From assembly GCA_965247115.1 (NCBI GenBank), contig CBDFGR010000003.1, positions 2,112,001 to 2,176,000 on the forward strand: a DNA stretch of 64,000 nucleotides, in the 5' to 3' direction. Source of the stretch: Myxococcota bacterium (lineage in GTDB: Bacteria > Myxococcota_A > UBA9160 > SZUA-336). This document shows, in pieces, positions 61,646 through 64,000 of this stretch; the first letter of the stretch is position 1; every line of letters starts with the position of its first letter. The position numbers and the translations under genes were made by a program. The notes beneath the pieces are model-generated. The model was given only the letters and a program-made list of their open reading frames with translations. It had not been told where the DNA came from and made no database searches.

Positions 61646-61742
61646 GCAAGCGCCGCGTAAGCGGCGCGCGCAGCGAAGGGCGAAGCCCTGAGCGAAGGTG
61701 GGTGGCCCGCGGCCGCCCGTGGGCCGGGTCCTACAAGACCTG
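61646..61742 (+). repeat. Three-hairpin REP-like element, copy B
   Basis: CAAG-CGCCGC(GTAA)GCGGCG-CGCGCAGCGA-AGGGC(GAA)GCCCT-GAGCGAAGGTGGGTGG-CCCGCGGCCGCCCGTGGG-CCGGGTCCTACAAGACCTG, between convergent stops. Confidence 0.88.
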
Positions 61743-61744
61743 TT

Positions 61745-62455
61745 TTAGGCGATGTCTTTGAGGCGTTCGCGGGCGGTGAAGATGGCGAGGCGCTTTGACG
61801 CGATCGTGTGTAGGGAGATGAGGCACTCGACGCGAACGAAGTCTCCGTTCGGGCGTTTGAGGACGATCTCGATCGGTCCGGAGTCCTCGCCCGCGTCCAG
61901 CCGCGCCTCCAGGTCGGAGTAGAACTGGCGGTCCTGGGCGGCGATCAGCTTCTCGAAGCTCTGATCGAGCAGCTTGGCGACATCCGCGCCGAGCAGCGCC
62001 TCCGCGGCGGGGTTCACGTCAAAGATCTTGCCGGTGTCGAGATTCAGCGCCACGTACGCATCGCTGATGCGATCGATTGCGGCGCGTATGCGCTTACCCG
62101 CGTTCGGCCTGCGGCGTCTGCCCTTGCGCTGCTTGCGGCTCTCTACCGGAAGCATGAGCCGCCGGATAGCGGCGCGGAACTGCTGTTCCATCCTGCGCAA
62201 CGCGCCGGCCACCTCAGGCTCCGGTCCACACTCGATCGCGATCTCGACCGCTACGGAGAGGGCACGCTCGAGCGCAGCAGGTTCGTTGCCTCCAAGGCCA
62301 TCGAGTGAGGGACGGGCGGCATTCGAGTCGAGACTTGCCAGACGGCAGTAGGTGCGGAAGCGCCGGATGATCTCTGCGCGCGCGGCCGGTGTGGGCTGCG
62401 CTCCGCCCATGCGGCGGTCGACCTCCGCCTCGATGGCACTCCGATAGCGCTCCAT
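61745..62455 (-). CDS. Protein with a helical N-terminal region and a C-terminal PAS domain
   Basis: IDRISDAYVAL...GKIFDVNPAAEALLG...LKRPNG; start uncertain (62455-62500). Confidence 0.75.
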   Translation of the reverse strand: MERYRSAIEAEVDRRMGGAQPTPAARAEIIRRFRTYCRLASLDSNAARPSLDGLGGNEPAALERALSVAVEIAIECGPEPEVAGALRRMEQQFRAAIRRLMLPVESRKQRKGRRRRPNAGKRIRAAIDRISDAYVALNLDTGKIFDVNPAAEALLGADVAKLLDQSFEKLIAAQDRQFYSDLEARLDAGEDSGPIEIVLKRPNGDFVRVECLISLHTIASKRLAIFTARERLKDIA

Positions 62456-62537
62456 GTGGAGCACCGCTCCTCTGAGCGCCACGCTCTCACCCCCACCCAT
62501 CGCATAGTTAGATAACGCTCAATCCGCAGCTGGACCA

Positions 62538-62975
62538 GTGAGCATCGCGACTGTAGCCTCGAGGAGCGTGATCTGGCTCGCGTACCTGCATCCCGTGGCG
62601 ATGATCGCGATTCTCGCCGTCGGGATCGTGGTACTGCGTGAGGGCTTGCGTATCCGCAGAGGCAGGCTCACGGGGCGCCCCGTAGAGAGCAGACGCCATC
62701 TCTGGCTCGCGAAGCGCTTCGTCCCACTCGCCGCGCTTGGGTTCTGTGCGGGACTCGCCTCGATGGCGTGGCTACGAGACGAGGACCTGTTCGAGTCCGT
62801 TCACTCGTTTCTGGCCCTCGGAGCGCTCGTCGGGTTGGTGTCGGGCGGTCTGCTCGGGCTGCGCCTCGAGAGGAGAGGCGGCTCCAGGCTCCGTGTTCTT
62901 CACTCGATCTGCGCGGGGCTGGGCCTCTTGATCGGGCTGGCTGCGGCGATCGCAGGCATCGCGATCCTGCCCTGA
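62538..62975 (+). CDS. DUF4079-like membrane protein (His-containing TM helices)
   Basis: YLHP, RRH, SVHS, LHS histidines in four TM segments. Confidence 0.65.
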   Translation: MSIATVASRSVIWLAYLHPVAMIAILAVGIVVLREGLRIRRGRLTGRPVESRRHLWLAKRFVPLAALGFCAGLASMAWLRDEDLFESVHSFLALGALVGLVSGGLLGLRLERRGGSRLRVLHSICAGLGLLIGLAAAIAGIAILP

Positions 62976-62984
62976 GCGCGCCGC

Positions 62985-63941
62985 TCAGTTGGACTCGGTG
63001 CGCGCGAGCACGCGCCCGAAGACGCGTTGGAAGCCCGGATGGGCGAGTAGGGATAGCGTGTCGTGAGTGCGGAGGGCGTTCTGGATCTCGGGGTCCTGGG
63101 CAAGCTCACGCAGCTCCGGATCGTTCCTGAGGTCGCGCAGCGCTGGGCTTGCTCGTTTCAGCAAGTCCTTCGTCGCGTTGCGGAAAAGCCTGGGGTCGTG
63201 TCGGGAGGGCTCGCTCACGACTCCCAGATCGACGAGCTGGCCGCGCAGCGTCGCGTCGTGCGTGATGCCGAGGAAGCTGCTGCGGTTCAATGCCTGGTCG
63301 AGCGCACCCGTCGAGACGTATTGCCAGAAGAGCAGATCGCTCTGGAGCATGCTGATCCTCGGATTGTCGAGCAGGCTCTGCATTGCGACCACGGTTTCGG
63401 CCGGGTTGGAAAGCAGGTTGGCACCGATGCGGCCCGTAGGCGCATCTCCCAGCGCGGCTCTGGCTCCCGAGGCGATCACGTTCTGGCTGGCCGATTGGAC
63501 GATCGAGGGGCCGCTCAGCAAATCAAACTCGAAGCTCTCGGTCGCCCGACCCGCCTCCAGCCACAGCCCGAGCCAGCCCAGCAGCAGCGCGACCAGGACA
63601 CCTTGCGCGGCGCCGACCGTGCCGCCACCGATCCTGTCGAGGGTGCTGCGCGGATAGTCAAAGTGGTGCTGGCGGTCCCGGCGCAGGAATTTCGCGGCGA
63701 CGACACTCAGGATCACGAAGGTGCCGACGAAGGCGACGCCCCCGGCCACGGCGGCGGCCAGCAGACTGAACAGCCCGGTTGCCGCGGCGACCGGACCTGC
63801 GAGCTGGGTGCCCGCGAAGTATGCGGCCACGTAGGCGACGACGAGCACCGCGATGCGGACGCCGCTGGCCAGGGTCCCCCGCAGGGCACCGAGGGTCACG
63901 AAGCCGATGAAAAGCGCAGCCGCCAGCAGATCAATCGCCAT
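62985..63941 (-). CDS. CvpA family protein with a C-terminal soluble extension
   Basis: N-terminal ID...GALRG TM bundle and LDRIGGGTVGAAQG. Confidence 0.8.
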   Translation of the reverse strand: MAIDLLAAALFIGFVTLGALRGTLASGVRIAVLVVAYVAAYFAGTQLAGPVAAATGLFSLLAAAVAGGVAFVGTFVILSVVAAKFLRRDRQHHFDYPRSTLDRIGGGTVGAAQGVLVALLLGWLGLWLEAGRATESFEFDLLSGPSIVQSASQNVIASGARAALGDAPTGRIGANLLSNPAETVVAMQSLLDNPRISMLQSDLLFWQYVSTGALDQALNRSSFLGITHDATLRGQLVDLGVVSEPSRHDPRLFRNATKDLLKRASPALRDLRNDPELRELAQDPEIQNALRTHDTLSLLAHPGFQRVFGRVLARTESN

Positions 63942-64000
63942 CGACCTCGCGCATCGGCAATGTGCAGCTTCAGCTGTAGGTCAAGACTTTATGGCGCGCT

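Noticed and set aside
27691..61742. Repeat copies as simple Rho-independent terminators
   Set aside because: No U-tract in the mRNA sense, and conserved unpaired linkers across distant loci are not expected of terminators.

Overview
A gene-dense, very GC-rich bacterial chromosomal segment covering the replication-origin neighbourhood. Gene order and protein motifs suggest a Myxococcota/'Deltaproteobacteria'-like organism (inference only). It opens with the 3' part of a divergent dnaA and a candidate oriC with DnaA-trios, then dnaN-gyrB-gyrA-hemL and an F0-only ATP synthase block. Mostly housekeeping genes follow: tmk, uvrA, pdxA, surA, mfd, an isolated rplC with rlmE, tgt, purM, argD, cofG-cofH, rfbB, leuCD, Fpg/Nei, archaeal-type purO and dapL. 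No rRNA, tRNA, CRISPR array or transposase gene was recognised. Main points of interest: (1) a dispersed multi-hairpin repeat family (7 copies) with constant linkers, compensatory stem changes and strand-specific GNA loops, mostly placed against stop codons and flanked by strong local C/G skew, suggesting a REP-like element that folds as ssDNA; (2) two different DnaA paralogues about 37 kb apart, the origin-linked one with an altered DNA-recognition helix next to non-canonical boxes; (3) a signal-peptide-bearing peroxiredoxin with in-frame UGA at the catalytic Cys and a SECIS-like hairpin; (4) rlmE lacking a canonical start and in frame with rplC behind one amber stop; (5) a 20-codon coupling mini-ORF built from duplications of the tgt start; (6) many apparently leaderless genes; (7) a pseudokinase-LysM module and archaeal-type purine enzymes. 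All protein calls come from motif recognition by eye, not database searches.
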